Source: Candidatus Ozemobacteraceae bacterium (GTDB lineage Bacteria > Muiribacteriota > Ozemobacteria > Ozemobacterales > Ozemobacteraceae). From it: a stretch of DNA of 64,000 nucleotides. The stretch spans positions 4,480,001 through 4,544,000 of the forward strand of contig OZ223236.1 in assembly GCA_965140445.1 (NCBI GenBank), written 5' to 3'. Below, in pieces: positions 16,821-26,074 of the stretch. Positions within the stretch are counted from its first letter, which is position 1, and each line of letters begins with the position of its first letter. A program made the position numbers and the translations under genes. Below the pieces are notes generated by a model that was given only the letters and a program-made list of their open reading frames with translations, searched no databases and was not told the origin of the DNA.

Positions 16821-19520
16821 TTAGTGATTGTTTACAGGCGTGGCACCAGGAAATACTTTCTCTGGAGTAATTGCACCCAACTTCAATAAGGTTTGCGCGA
16901 TTGATTCTCTGGTAGAGCTTGCAGTAAGCTTTGATTGCATAACTCGCTTCATAATGTTCACGGCTTCATTTCTCTTATTGGTTCTAAGCAGATCATTAAC
17001 CTGACCTAACTCATAAGCTGTCATGGAAGCCACTAACCCGATGCTCTGATTCTTCAAATCTTCTGGAACTCCGGCGCTAAAAGCAGCTCCTTCAAGCATT
17101 TCTCTGGCTTCAGAAAATTTGTGCAGTCTCACATAGACGACTCCCAAATCTCTTTTGTAAACAGCGTTATCTGGTTGTAATGCTACAGCTCTTTTCAAAG
17201 CATCCTCTGCCTTGGCGTTATCACCAAGATTTGAGGCAGCAATTCCCATGATATTTAACATGGTTGGATCTCTATGTTGAACCATTGCAGAAACATCGGC
17301 TGCGTATTTTCCTGCTTCAGCCCATTTTAGCAAGGCCGCTTTAGCAACAGCCAGGGAAGCCTTTGCCTGCAATTCAAAGTTTTTAAAAGCCATAGCCTTT
17401 TCCATTGCCGATTCAGCACGAGCCAGAAGCCTGTTCTTTTGCTCAGCAGGTAACGGGTATCTGGTAATATCAAGGGCTATCTTGCCTACATACATGTAAT
17501 AAATAGATCTGGCATCGCCGCAAGTCAATTCAAGACCAAACTCAGCCTGTTCAAGTGCTTTGGGCAAATCTTTCAAAACATGGTAGTAAATGTGCATTTT
17601 GCGAAAAACCACAGAATGATATGTTGATCTGGCGTTAAAGTTAATATTAACGCTAGCTTTATCAGCCCAGTCTAAAGCTTCTTTACCTTTACCTTCCATT
17701 TCCAGAATGGAGGCAACTTTTAAATAAGGATCACCTGGAAGAGGATCAAGCTTTATGGCTTTAAAGAGAAGGCTCTTTCCACGGGCAACCGCATCTCCCT
17801 GCTGATACTTCAAATACATATCAGCCTGTCGCACCATTTCATCTGCTTTCCAGCAACGCCATTCATAAAAAGCCGAAAGGGTTGAAGCACTCAAAGCAAG
17901 AATGGCAAAAAATACTCCGTGGCTCTGATTCAAACCAATCTCTGGTCGATTCATTTTTTTAGTAAAAAATTCAGTTTCAGTGAAAACTGCAACCAAAGCA
18001 AGGAAAACGACAGCATAAATAGCAGTTTCAATGCGATGGAAAGGAAAATCCGGAATTGATGCAAGCATCTGGGCGACCATTGCTGCTCCAAGCCCTATCA
18101 AAAGAACATGATCCCCATTCATTTCGCCCTCTGGATCTTTCCATACCGACTTTTGAATGGCTAAATAAATACTGTTAAAAAATCTGTAAGTGAGAAATAG
18201 AAACAGGCCAAGTCCAATAATTCCAAGTTCCGCCAAAAGTTGCAGCCAGTCATTATGCGCCTGGCGGAAAGTAACTGCGGTAAAAGAGTCCTGGTTACGA
18301 TCCGAGAAGGTTTCTGCTTCCTGATAAGGGAAGAAGTGCTTAAAGGAACCAAATCCGCGGCCAATTATCCAACCTGAAGCTCGTTTATACATGGCTTGAA
18401 TTGTACCATGCCAAACCCAAAGGCGTTCATAGGTGTTACTGATCTCACGATTAAGAGTAAAAGTGAGCTTAATCTTATCGAACATATTTGTAGACTGAAT
18501 AGTTTTTACAGAAAAACCAAATAGCCCAACAAATATTATTGATACGGCAACGATAAAGAAAACCGCATTTTTCTTAACCAGCTTCCACTTACGATCACAT
18601 ATGAACAACATCAGGGTCATAAAAACAATGCCCAGAGTTACACCAATCAGTGCAGCACGGCACCTGGTAATATACAGACCGTAAAGCATCCAGCCAAACA
18701 GCCCCAGGGAAACAACCTTCATCACCTTGTTTCGGTAATAAAAGAAAAATCCAAGCGGCAAAAAGGCTGTAAACATGGCGAAAGTGCCAAGGTAGTTTCG
18801 GTTTCCAAAAGTTGAAACAATGGACCCCATGTCCTCAGCCGCATTTGCTAACTGCGGAAACAACGGGATGTAATAGGCATTGGGAAGTATTTTTCCACTC
18901 AATATCTCGTTTTTAGCAAAAACCAGAATAGAATTTGGATCAAGACGGAAATACAGATTGTAAGTTTCCATGATTCCAAGAGTTGAAGTCGCAATTCCTG
19001 CAAAAACAACAACCCAGAGAATAGACTCTACCTGCCATCTGGTTCGAACAACATTTACGATAAGCGGGAATAACATCAAAATAAGGAAAGTGCTGCGCAA
19101 ATCCCTTATTGCTGCTGAAGGATTAAAGTTCCACAATACTGAAAGGGTCGCAAAGCCAAAAAACAAGGCCAGAGGAAAATCCAGCCTTGTCCTAGTTAAT
19201 CTTGGTTTAAGTGCTAAGAAGACAGTCACACAGAAAAGCCCCCCCAAAAGAGCTAATGCTATTTTGGAAGCAAATTCCTTGGGAGTTAAAAAGTTCTCTG
19301 TTGTTAATCTTGAATACAAAAAGGGCGAAACAAGAGTAACAAGAACAATACCTAGATAGATGATGAATTCTACTATGCTGATATTGCCTTTTTTTTCAGA
19401 ACTACTTCTTCGGAAAACTTTTGATAAAAAATCTTCCAGTGGCCCGATAATAGGATCGCTTTGTTCAATTTCTGGTTTGGAATTTGTTTCCTGTGTTGAT
19501 CTATGTCTTCTTTTTACCAT
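16821..19520 (-). CDS. O-antigen-ligase (Wzy_C)-family protein with C-terminal TPRs; candidate protein O-oligosaccharyltransferase
   Basis: About 12 TM helices, STFGNRNY, TRCRAA, QAHNDWLQLLAELGIIG; TPR-like helices; starts 5 nt after a pilin stop. Confidence 0.8.
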   Translation of the reverse strand: MVKRRHRSTQETNSKPEIEQSDPIIGPLEDFLSKVFRRSSSEKKGNISIVEFIIYLGIVLVTLVSPFLYSRLTTENFLTPKEFASKIALALLGGLFCVTVFLALKPRLTRTRLDFPLALFFGFATLSVLWNFNPSAAIRDLRSTFLILMLFPLIVNVVRTRWQVESILWVVVFAGIATSTLGIMETYNLYFRLDPNSILVFAKNEILSGKILPNAYYIPLFPQLANAAEDMGSIVSTFGNRNYLGTFAMFTAFLPLGFFFYYRNKVMKVVSLGLFGWMLYGLYITRCRAALIGVTLGIVFMTLMLFICDRKWKLVKKNAVFFIVAVSIIFVGLFGFSVKTIQSTNMFDKIKLTFTLNREISNTYERLWVWHGTIQAMYKRASGWIIGRGFGSFKHFFPYQEAETFSDRNQDSFTAVTFRQAHNDWLQLLAELGIIGLGLFLFLTYRFFNSIYLAIQKSVWKDPEGEMNGDHVLLIGLGAAMVAQMLASIPDFPFHRIETAIYAVVFLALVAVFTETEFFTKKMNRPEIGLNQSHGVFFAILALSASTLSAFYEWRCWKADEMVRQADMYLKYQQGDAVARGKSLLFKAIKLDPLPGDPYLKVASILEMEGKGKEALDWADKASVNINFNARSTYHSVVFRKMHIYYHVLKDLPKALEQAEFGLELTCGDARSIYYMYVGKIALDITRYPLPAEQKNRLLARAESAMEKAMAFKNFELQAKASLAVAKAALLKWAEAGKYAADVSAMVQHRDPTMLNIMGIAASNLGDNAKAEDALKRAVALQPDNAVYKRDLGVVYVRLHKFSEAREMLEGAAFSAGVPEDLKNQSIGLVASMTAYELGQVNDLLRTNKRNEAVNIMKRVMQSKLTASSTRESIAQTLLKLGAITPEKVFPGATPVNNH

Positions 19521-19525
19521 TTCAA

Positions 19526-20284
19526 TTAATTTGCCTTGATTATAATCTCTAGAGCTGGGTATTCTCCGTTTGTTCCATTGGCTTTAACATTTGAGTTATC
19601 CATCAGATTGTCATTTGTTGGTGAAACAATAACAGTCGAAGAGCCTGGGAAGAAAGTGCTATCAGTAGCTCCTACTCCAAGTTCAACAAGAATTTCTGTA
19701 CTTGAAGCTGGAGTTGAAGTTGCAATAAGGTTTGCAACCTGCACTTCAGAAGAGAATAACAAATCAATACCCGCAGCTGCAGGGGAAGCATTTCCATAGG
19801 AAATCGCCTCGCCACTTTTCAGATAACGCGAGAATTCAAATCTTAAATAGTCACCCTGACTAATGTGCCTATTCTTATCATTATCCACCCAGGTTGCCTT
19901 TTGCAGACTCAGTGGTGGTTTGTAATCAACAATAATGTCATCTCTGGTATCAACATTGTCTGGCCCTCGAGATGAAACCTGACCTTTGGAATAATCTACT
20001 TCGTAGTCTCTTCCCCATGGGTCTCTCGGAAGGTCTTGAAGATAGCGGCCAAGAAGCACGCGAAGGTCCGTTCCTACAAAGGACTTTTCTTCAAATGTGT
20101 CAAATTTAACCAGAGCATTCTTGATAATATCAAGTTCAGCCTTGGCTTTAGTAAGTTTTGTGTCCTTAACATAGTCCTGATAGTAAGGTGTTGCCACCCC
20201 GACCAGCACCGCTATAATAGCCACAACAATAAGTAGCTCGATTAAAGAAAATGCACGTCTATTCATGGTTTTTGATAATAACAT
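19526..20284 (-). CDS. GspG-like two-domain prepilin (last of array)
   Basis: RRA|FSLIELL, DPWGRDY, SRGPD..DD, WVDNDKN. Confidence 0.85.
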   Translation of the reverse strand: MLLSKTMNRRAFSLIELLIVVAIIAVLVGVATPYYQDYVKDTKLTKAKAELDIIKNALVKFDTFEEKSFVGTDLRVLLGRYLQDLPRDPWGRDYEVDYSKGQVSSRGPDNVDTRDDIIVDYKPPLSLQKATWVDNDKNRHISQGDYLRFEFSRYLKSGEAISYGNASPAAAGIDLLFSSEVQVANLIATSTPASSTEILVELGVGATDSTFFPGSSTVIVSPTNDNLMDNSNVKANGTNGEYPALEIIIKAN

Positions 20285-20311
20285 ACGGCTCCCCCCTCAA
20301 CAAGGAAAAAT

Positions 20312-20340
20312 ATAATACCACATCGGCAACATCCTGCTAA
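20312..20340 (-). promoter_or_regulatory. Possible sigma70 extended -10 promoter for last pilin, OTase and opp genes
   Basis: TTAGCA-17 nt-TATTAT with TGn; lies downstream of a terminator. Confidence 0.45.
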
Positions 20341-20406
20341 GTAGAAACTTAAACAGGAAATAAAGTTTTATTTTTTATAATTACAGCAATTTTAGTTATT
20401 TCAGGC

Positions 20407-20442
20407 AAAAAAAAACTCCCCGGCTAAGGGGAGTGTTTTTTT
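20407..20442 (-). terminator. Intrinsic terminator inside the pilin array
   Basis: ACTCCCC-N6-GGGGAGT flanked by A and T tracts. Confidence 0.85.
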
Positions 20443-20454
20443 AAGAGGGCATAA

Positions 20455-21162
20455 TTATCTTGCTTTTATTGGGACAGGAGAACCTGTTTTCACTGCAGCT
20501 CCGCCACCATCAAGTATTTTTGCAGCTCCACCAGCTGAAAACTCAACAGTATCTTTTCCTGCAACAAAAGGAGTTGTAATATTTGTTAAATCAACTCTCA
20601 CCTGCTGATCATTGTTTGTCCAATCGGCTACCACAACAGTAATACCAGCCAGAACACAAGCGCCTGTGAAGGTTAAATCTCCAATAGCAGGAACCCCACC
20701 AACCCAAGTTTTATCAGTTGGCCTTGAAAACTTAAGGATCAGTCCGTCTCCATTGTCCACAACACCATTCTGATTAGAATCTTCCCAAAAAGCTTTTGTT
20801 AAGGCTAGTGGAGGGCGATAAGACTCCGCAACATCATCTCCATTATTAGCCACTCCATCTGGACCAGAAGAGGAAACCTTTGATGCGTTAGTGGTTACCA
20901 GATATGAGCCTCCCCATGGATCTGCCATTGCCTTGCTCAAATAAGGACCTACAAGTGGGCTTATTCCAGGATCCGTATATGGCACCCCGCGGTCAGTTTC
21001 GAATCGGACCAAAGCGTTTCTAATTTCATCAAGATCCTGCTTGGCTCTTGCATACCTCCCATCTTCAACGTATTGCTGAACATAGGGAATAGCTGCACCT
21101 GCCAGAATAGCAATAATCGTAATAACGATCAGAAGCTCAATCAGGGTGAAGCCTTTTTTCAT
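20455..21162 (-). CDS. GspG-like two-domain prepilin
   Basis: MKKG|FTLIELL, DPWGGSY, SSGPDG..DD, WEDSNQNGVVDNGD. Confidence 0.9.
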   Translation of the reverse strand: MKKGFTLIELLIVITIIAILAGAAIPYVQQYVEDGRYARAKQDLDEIRNALVRFETDRGVPYTDPGISPLVGPYLSKAMADPWGGSYLVTTNASKVSSSGPDGVANNGDDVAESYRPPLALTKAFWEDSNQNGVVDNGDGLILKFSRPTDKTWVGGVPAIGDLTFTGACVLAGITVVVADWTNNDQQVRVDLTNITTPFVAGKDTVEFSAGGAAKILDGGGAAVKTGSPVPIKAR

Positions 21163-21191
21163 TATAATAACTCGACTTTCAAGCAAAATGC

Positions 21192-21866
21192 TTACCTAGC
21201 TTTAATGGGAACTGGAAATCCATTTTTACAATCATTTGTACCATCAGTCATATTTGCAGGCACAGCTATATCCAAAGTATCTTTACCAGGGACAAACGTA
21301 GGATTCGTCATAACAATTTTTGCCTGTCGGTCGTCAAGTTCCCAAACAGGAGCAGCAATGGCCGTTGGTGCGCCTGCAGAAAAGGCCAAATCAGCAAGAA
21401 GGGTTACTGGACCGTTTGTTGGTCTTGTGAATTTCATAATCAAAGTATCGCCAGTGTCAACAACGCCATTTTGATTTGTGTCTTCCCAGAAAGCTTTTGA
21501 GAGAGCAAGAGGCGGTCTATATTCTTCAGATACATCATCACCGTCACCAGCAATACCATTCGGTCCATTCGAAGAAATCTTTGAAACTCCAGAATCTACA
21601 ACATATGCTCCCCCCCATGGATCAACGATGGACTTTGACAAATATGGCCCAATCAAAGCACCAATATTACCAGTTGTATAAAGAACCCCCCTATCAATCT
21701 CAAAACGCGCAAGTGCGTTTCTGATTTCATCCAGATCCTGTTTGGCTCTGGCATAACGTCCATCTTCAACATAGTCCTGAACGTAAGGGATTGCCGCACC
21801 AGCGAGAATCGCAACAATGGTAATGACTACCAAAAGTTCAATTAGTGTAAAGCCTTTTCTAAGCAT
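21192..21866 (-). CDS. GspG-like two-domain prepilin
   Basis: MLRKG|FTLIELL, DPWGGAY, WEDTNQNGVVDTGD; CAGGAGGG RBS. Confidence 0.9.
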   Translation of the reverse strand: MLRKGFTLIELLVVITIVAILAGAAIPYVQDYVEDGRYARAKQDLDEIRNALARFEIDRGVLYTTGNIGALIGPYLSKSIVDPWGGAYVVDSGVSKISSNGPNGIAGDGDDVSEEYRPPLALSKAFWEDTNQNGVVDTGDTLIMKFTRPTNGPVTLLADLAFSAGAPTAIAAPVWELDDRQAKIVMTNPTFVPGKDTLDIAVPANMTDGTNDCKNGFPVPIKAR

Positions 21867-21908
21867 TTTTATGCCCTCCTGTAATTTCAAAATCCAAACC
21901 CAATAACA

Positions 21909-21928
21909 GGGCGAGCCTTAGCTCGCCC
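21909..21928 (-). terminator. GC-rich hairpin (weak terminator or mRNA stabiliser) between pilin subfamilies
   Basis: Perfect 8-bp stem GGGCGAGC/GCTCGCCC with 4-nt loop; weak U tract (TGTTATT). Confidence 0.6.
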
Positions 21929-21943
21929 AGAACTTTAACAACT

Positions 21944-22699
21944 TTATTGCGGAAGCATCTTAACGTCTTGATCGCTAAGACAAAGAGTCCCAGCCTGATC
22001 ATCAATTGTTCCATGAGCATTGATAATATTAATTGTATCTCTTCCAGGAGTGAAAACAGTACCGGCTGTTTTTACATTGTAAACAAGAGTTCTGCCTCCA
22101 ACAATACTTACATTACCAGCTGTATCATCAAAGCAATCCGTAAAAAGAGTATTAGCACCATTAACCTTAACGTTAAAATAAGCATCAATAGTACCAGCAC
22201 CACCAGAGGAGTCCAAATCACCAACCGGATTTCCAAGAATCCTACTGAAAGTCATCTGAATCTGATCTGGCACGTTTTGAGTGTCAACAGCTCCAGACTG
22301 GTTTCTATCTACCCACTTAACACTTACCAGAGCCAATGGCGGCTGATAAGGAACAGAGATGTCATCAAGTTTGTCTGCAGCTCCAGCAGACGTTCTATCT
22401 GGTCCCGATGAATACACAGTACCAGAGTTGGTGTCTACCACATAGGATTTTCCCCAAGGATCAATTGGAGCTTTGTTCAAATAACGACCGGTCAAATCTG
22501 AAACATCGGTCTTGGTATAAGAACCTTCTCTGGTTTCGTAAACAGCAATAGCCCTGGAAATTTCTTCCAGGTCTGTTTTAGCTTTAGCGATACGTGCCTC
22601 TTCTACATAGTTCTGCACATAAGGTAACGCAGCTCCGGCCAGAACAGCAAGAATGGTAATAACCACCAGCAGTTCGATCAAGGTAAAACCTTTTCTCAT
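21944..22699 (-). CDS. GspG-like two-domain prepilin
   Basis: MRKG|FTLIELL, DPWGKSY, WVDRNQSGAVD; AAGGAG RBS. Confidence 0.9.
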   Translation of the reverse strand: MRKGFTLIELLVVITILAVLAGAALPYVQNYVEEARIAKAKTDLEEISRAIAVYETREGSYTKTDVSDLTGRYLNKAPIDPWGKSYVVDTNSGTVYSSGPDRTSAGAADKLDDISVPYQPPLALVSVKWVDRNQSGAVDTQNVPDQIQMTFSRILGNPVGDLDSSGGAGTIDAYFNVKVNGANTLFTDCFDDTAGNVSIVGGRTLVYNVKTAGTVFTPGRDTINIINAHGTIDDQAGTLCLSDQDVKMLPQ

Positions 22700-22738
22700 G
22701 ATAGACTCCTTATATTTATATGCCCCTGTGCAAAACAT

Positions 22739-23488
22739 TTACTGAGGCTGTATTACAACACTTTGGTCGCTCAAACAATAGTTCGCGCCGTTATCCACAA
22801 TTTTAGTATGACCTGCTTTAACATTAACCGAATCCTGCCCAGGCGTAAAGACACCAGCGCCGATAACATCAAAAATAACCGTTCTGTTACCAACAATACT
22901 CACGTTAGCCGCAGCGTCTGAACAAACAGCATTGAAGTTAGTATCAACACCAGCCACCTTAACATTTAAAAGCGCATTAACCTGGTTTGGAGCTGCATCA
23001 TCGAAATCAGTAGTAGCATTGTTTAATTTTCTACTAAAGGTTAGTTGAAGCTGATCTGGAACGTTCTGGGTATCAACTGCACCTGACTGGTTTTTATCTA
23101 CCCATTTAACGCTAACAAGAGCAAGAGGTGGCTGATAGGGAACAGAGATATCGTCAAGTTTGTCTGCTGCCAACGCCGAAGTTCTATCTGGACCTGATGA
23201 ATAAACAGTACCAGCGTTTGTGTCTACAACGTAGGATTTTCCCCATGGATCAATAGGGGCTTTATTCAAATAACGACCAGTCAAATCCGAAACATCCGCC
23301 TTTGTATATTCGCCTTCGCGAGTTTCATAAACAGCAATAGCTCTGGAAATTTCTTCAAGATCCGTTTTTGCCTTAGCAATACGAGCTTCTTCAACATAGT
23401 TCTGAACATATGGCAAAGCTGCCCCCGCTAGAACGGCCAAGATTGTAATAACAACCAGCAATTCGATTAATGTGAAACCTTTTCTCAT
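22739..23488 (-). CDS. GspG-like two-domain prepilin
   Basis: MRKG|FTLIELL, DPWGKSY, WVDKNQSGAVD; AAGGAGA RBS. Confidence 0.9.
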   Translation of the reverse strand: MRKGFTLIELLVVITILAVLAGAALPYVQNYVEEARIAKAKTDLEEISRAIAVYETREGEYTKADVSDLTGRYLNKAPIDPWGKSYVVDTNAGTVYSSGPDRTSALAADKLDDISVPYQPPLALVSVKWVDKNQSGAVDTQNVPDQLQLTFSRKLNNATTDFDDAAPNQVNALLNVKVAGVDTNFNAVCSDAAANVSIVGNRTVIFDVIGAGVFTPGQDSVNVKAGHTKIVDNGANYCLSDQSVVIQPQ

Positions 23489-23525
23489 TATTTTATCTCC
23501 TTAAATTACTACCTTAGTAAATTGC

Positions 23526-24278
23526 TTACTGAGGTTGTACAACCACGGCCTGATCGCTCAAACAAAAACTTCCACCAAAATCTTTAATTCTGGCATGACC
23601 AGCTTTTACATTAACAGTGTCCTGACCGGGGGTAAAAACACCTGCACCGGTAACTTCTAAGATTAGAGTTTTACTTCCAACGATCTTAACGTTGGCAGCA
23701 ACATCAGAAAAAGCTGTATTAAAAACAGTGTCAACGCCCGCAACCTTTACATTAAACAAATTATTAATTTGTCCGGCTGCAGAATCATCAAAGTCCGTAC
23801 TCAAATTGTCCATTCTTCTGCTGAAGGTTAATTGAATCTGGTCAGCAACGTTCTGCGTGTCAACCGCTCCAGACTGGTTTCTATCAACCCATTTTGCACT
23901 AACTAACGCAAGTGGAGGTTGATAAGGAACAGAAACGTCGTCCAATTTATCTGCCGCAGCCGCTGATGATCTATCTGGCCCGGAAGAATAAACAACCCCA
24001 GCATCAGTTGCCACAACATAGGATTTTCCCCAAGGGTCAATTGGCGCTTTGTTCAGATAACGACCAGTTAGATCAGATACGTTTGTTTTGGTATACTCAC
24101 CCTCTCTTGTCTCATAAACGGCAATAGCTCTGGAAATTTCTTCAAGATCCGTCTTAGCCTTTGCAATTCTTGATTCAGCAACGTAGTTCTGCACATAAGG
24201 CAGCGCCGCCCCGGCAAGAATCGCCAGAATGGTAATAACCACCAGCAATTCAATCAATGTAAAGCCTTTTCGATTCAT
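23526..24278 (-). CDS. GspG-like two-domain prepilin
   Basis: MNRKG|FTLIELL, DPWGKSY, WVDRNQSGAVD; AAGGAGA RBS. Confidence 0.9.
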   Translation of the reverse strand: MNRKGFTLIELLVVITILAILAGAALPYVQNYVAESRIAKAKTDLEEISRAIAVYETREGEYTKTNVSDLTGRYLNKAPIDPWGKSYVVATDAGVVYSSGPDRSSAAAADKLDDVSVPYQPPLALVSAKWVDRNQSGAVDTQNVADQIQLTFSRRMDNLSTDFDDSAAGQINNLFNVKVAGVDTVFNTAFSDVAANVKIVGSKTLILEVTGAGVFTPGQDTVNVKAGHARIKDFGGSFCLSDQAVVVQPQ

Positions 24279-24310
24279 AACAATCCGATCTCCTTTGAGA
24301 TTTTTTCTTT

Positions 24311-25051
24311 TTATAAAGATCCTATCAGCACTGTCTGGCTGGTAATACACTTATTAGACTGAGGAGCTAGGTCAAGAATTCCCGCCCCATCTTTAACCTG
24401 GAACGTATCACTACCGGGGCCGAAAACGTTTGTCACGCCATTTGCCAAATCAATAGTTATCATGTTTCCAGATGATTCAAGAGAAAAAGTTGTCCAATTC
24501 AACGAGGTGTCAATCGGGGAAGCGCTTGTCCATGTAAAATAATTGTGGGCGTTAGCAGGAGTAACAACTGCTGGACTCGTAGCTTTAATTTTCCTTGAAA
24601 AAATCAATTGAATGTAATCGGGAGTGTTTTGAGTGTCTACCGCACCGCTTTGATTTGAGTCAACCCATTTAGCTTGTACCAAAGCTAAAGGAGGTTGGTA
24701 ATTAACACTTATATCATCCAAACTACCTGCGATTCTATCTTCTCCGCAAGAATAAACCGTTCCAGCTCCAGTTGCCACTTCATAAGCCTTACCCCACGGA
24801 TCTATCGGAGATTTATTCAGATATCTGCCCGTAAGTTGCAAAACAGTAGCGTCCTTGTAAGTGCCTTCACGCGTTTCATATATTGCCAGAGCCTTCTTAA
24901 TTTCTTCAAGATCTGCTTTAGCTTTGCTAACACGGCTTTCCTTGACGTAGTTCTGTACATAAGGGATAGCAGCACCAGCGAGAATAGCCAAAATTGTTAT
25001 AACTACTAACAACTCAATCAGTGTAAATCCACTTCTGGAGCGGTTGTTCAT
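24311..25051 (-). CDS. GspG-like two-domain prepilin (first gene after the sigma54 site)
   Basis: MNNRSRSG|FTLIELL, DPWGKAY, WVDSNQSGAVD. Confidence 0.9.
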   Translation of the reverse strand: MNNRSRSGFTLIELLVVITILAILAGAAIPYVQNYVKESRVSKAKADLEEIKKALAIYETREGTYKDATVLQLTGRYLNKSPIDPWGKAYEVATGAGTVYSCGEDRIAGSLDDISVNYQPPLALVQAKWVDSNQSGAVDTQNTPDYIQLIFSRKIKATSPAVVTPANAHNYFTWTSASPIDTSLNWTTFSLESSGNMITIDLANGVTNVFGPGSDTFQVKDGAGILDLAPQSNKCITSQTVLIGSL

Positions 25052-25139
25052 TCCCATTCCCTTTATTTCATTTTTTGTATTATTTAAAGATATCATAAAA
25101 TCTTTCTTTGAGATAAATAAATATTTCTTTATATTTTCT

Positions 25140-25155
25140 AGCAAATTCCGTACCT
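25140..25155 (-). promoter_or_regulatory. Sigma54 (-24/-12) promoter
   Basis: AGGTACGGAATTTGCT versus consensus TGGCACGRNNNTTGCW; exact GG-N10-GC spacing. Confidence 0.75.
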
Positions 25156-25205
25156 GCTTTCCAAAACAGCAAAACTTTCAAAAATACACTGAGAGCGCGA
25201 GTTAA

Positions 25206-25254
25206 TGATTTTTTACCCATGGGCATTTTTGCCACATTGGGTAAATTTTCCACA
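25206..25254. promoter_or_regulatory. Tandem imperfect palindromes; candidate enhancer-binding-protein sites
   Basis: TGGGCATTTTTGCCACA (25220-25236) and TGGGTAAATTTTCCACA (25238-25254), 13/17 identical, plus a partial box at 25206-25219. Confidence 0.65.
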
Positions 25255-25271
25255 CATTTATATATAATTTT

Positions 25272-26057
25272 TTATCTTTTTTGCTTTTGAATCACCAAAT
25301 TTTCGACCATCTTTAATTTAATTGGAGTATCTGAATAATCGACTATAGATTCAATAAACTCTCTTGGGGCAATTGTAGTTTCACCAATCCTTAGCGTTGG
25401 AGGAACCGGAGGGGTAAATACTATGCGCGCCTTAAAAGGATCTTCAGGAACAGATTGAACTATTGCACTCCCAAAAGCCTTTTCCGGAGAGTTGGTAACA
25501 AAATCAAAAACTGTGGCATCCTTAACTTGAGCTGGTCGTGAAAAGCTCAGGTTAATATAATCTCCATAATCAATAAGATTGTTACTATTAGCGTCAAAGT
25601 ATACCGCTCTTGTAATAAACAGAGTTGAAGGAAGATATCTGGCAACTATATCATCAGAAGTTCCAGACCCGGTTACACCGGAACCATCTTTCCCGTCTGG
25701 CCCAAATGAATACAACATTCCCTGTCGATAATCATGAAAATATGGTCTTTTCCATGGATCTAGAGGTGGTTCTTTTTCAAGATAAGTGCCAATAAAGGAA
25801 CCCAATTCGGTTGGAGTGAATGTGGCAACCTTAAAGCTTCTTTCCTCGCGGATATTAAAAAGACGGACGGCCTGAGCGAGTTCGTTCAGGTCGGCGGTCG
25901 CCCTGGTTATCTTGGCATCAGCGATGTATCTTCCGTATTCATCAACTGCAAAAATAAGCAGTGTGGAAATTATCAGAAGGGTAACCAGCAGGTCGATCAG
26001 AGTGAAGCCTGATCGACCCTGGTGTATTTTTTTCACTTCATGGAAGTTTTTCATCAT
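25272..26057 (-). CDS. Divergent GspG-like two-domain prepilin with Asp at +5
   Basis: RSG|FTLIDLL, DPWKRPY, SFGPDG..DD, FDANSNNLIDYGD; start uncertain (26054-26072). Confidence 0.8.
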   Translation of the reverse strand: MMKNFHEVKKIHQGRSGFTLIDLLVTLLIISTLLIFAVDEYGRYIADAKITRATADLNELAQAVRLFNIREERSFKVATFTPTELGSFIGTYLEKEPPLDPWKRPYFHDYRQGMLYSFGPDGKDGSGVTGSGTSDDIVARYLPSTLFITRAVYFDANSNNLIDYGDYINLSFSRPAQVKDATVFDFVTNSPEKAFGSAIVQSVPEDPFKARIVFTPPVPPTLRIGETTIAPREFIESIVDYSDTPIKLKMVENLVIQKQKR

Positions 26058-26074
26058 TTCAGTGATACTCAAAA

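Noticed and set aside
20319..20352. Third sigma28 promoter (GCCGATGT) before the last pilin
   Set aside because: The nearest TAAG is 20 nt away, which is the wrong spacing; an extended -10 sigma70 reading fits better
20455..25051. Silent pilin cassettes (Neisseria pilS-like), shufflon or DGR
   Set aside because: All copies are full length with a leader peptide, most with a clear RBS; DNA is synonymously diverged; no recombinase, reverse transcriptase or adenine-specific repeat pair seen
21073..25144. Long N-terminal pilin extensions and antisense ORFs from the ORF track
   Set aside because: Downstream ATGs give typical short basic leaders, mostly with clear RBSs; antisense ORFs are shadows of real genes
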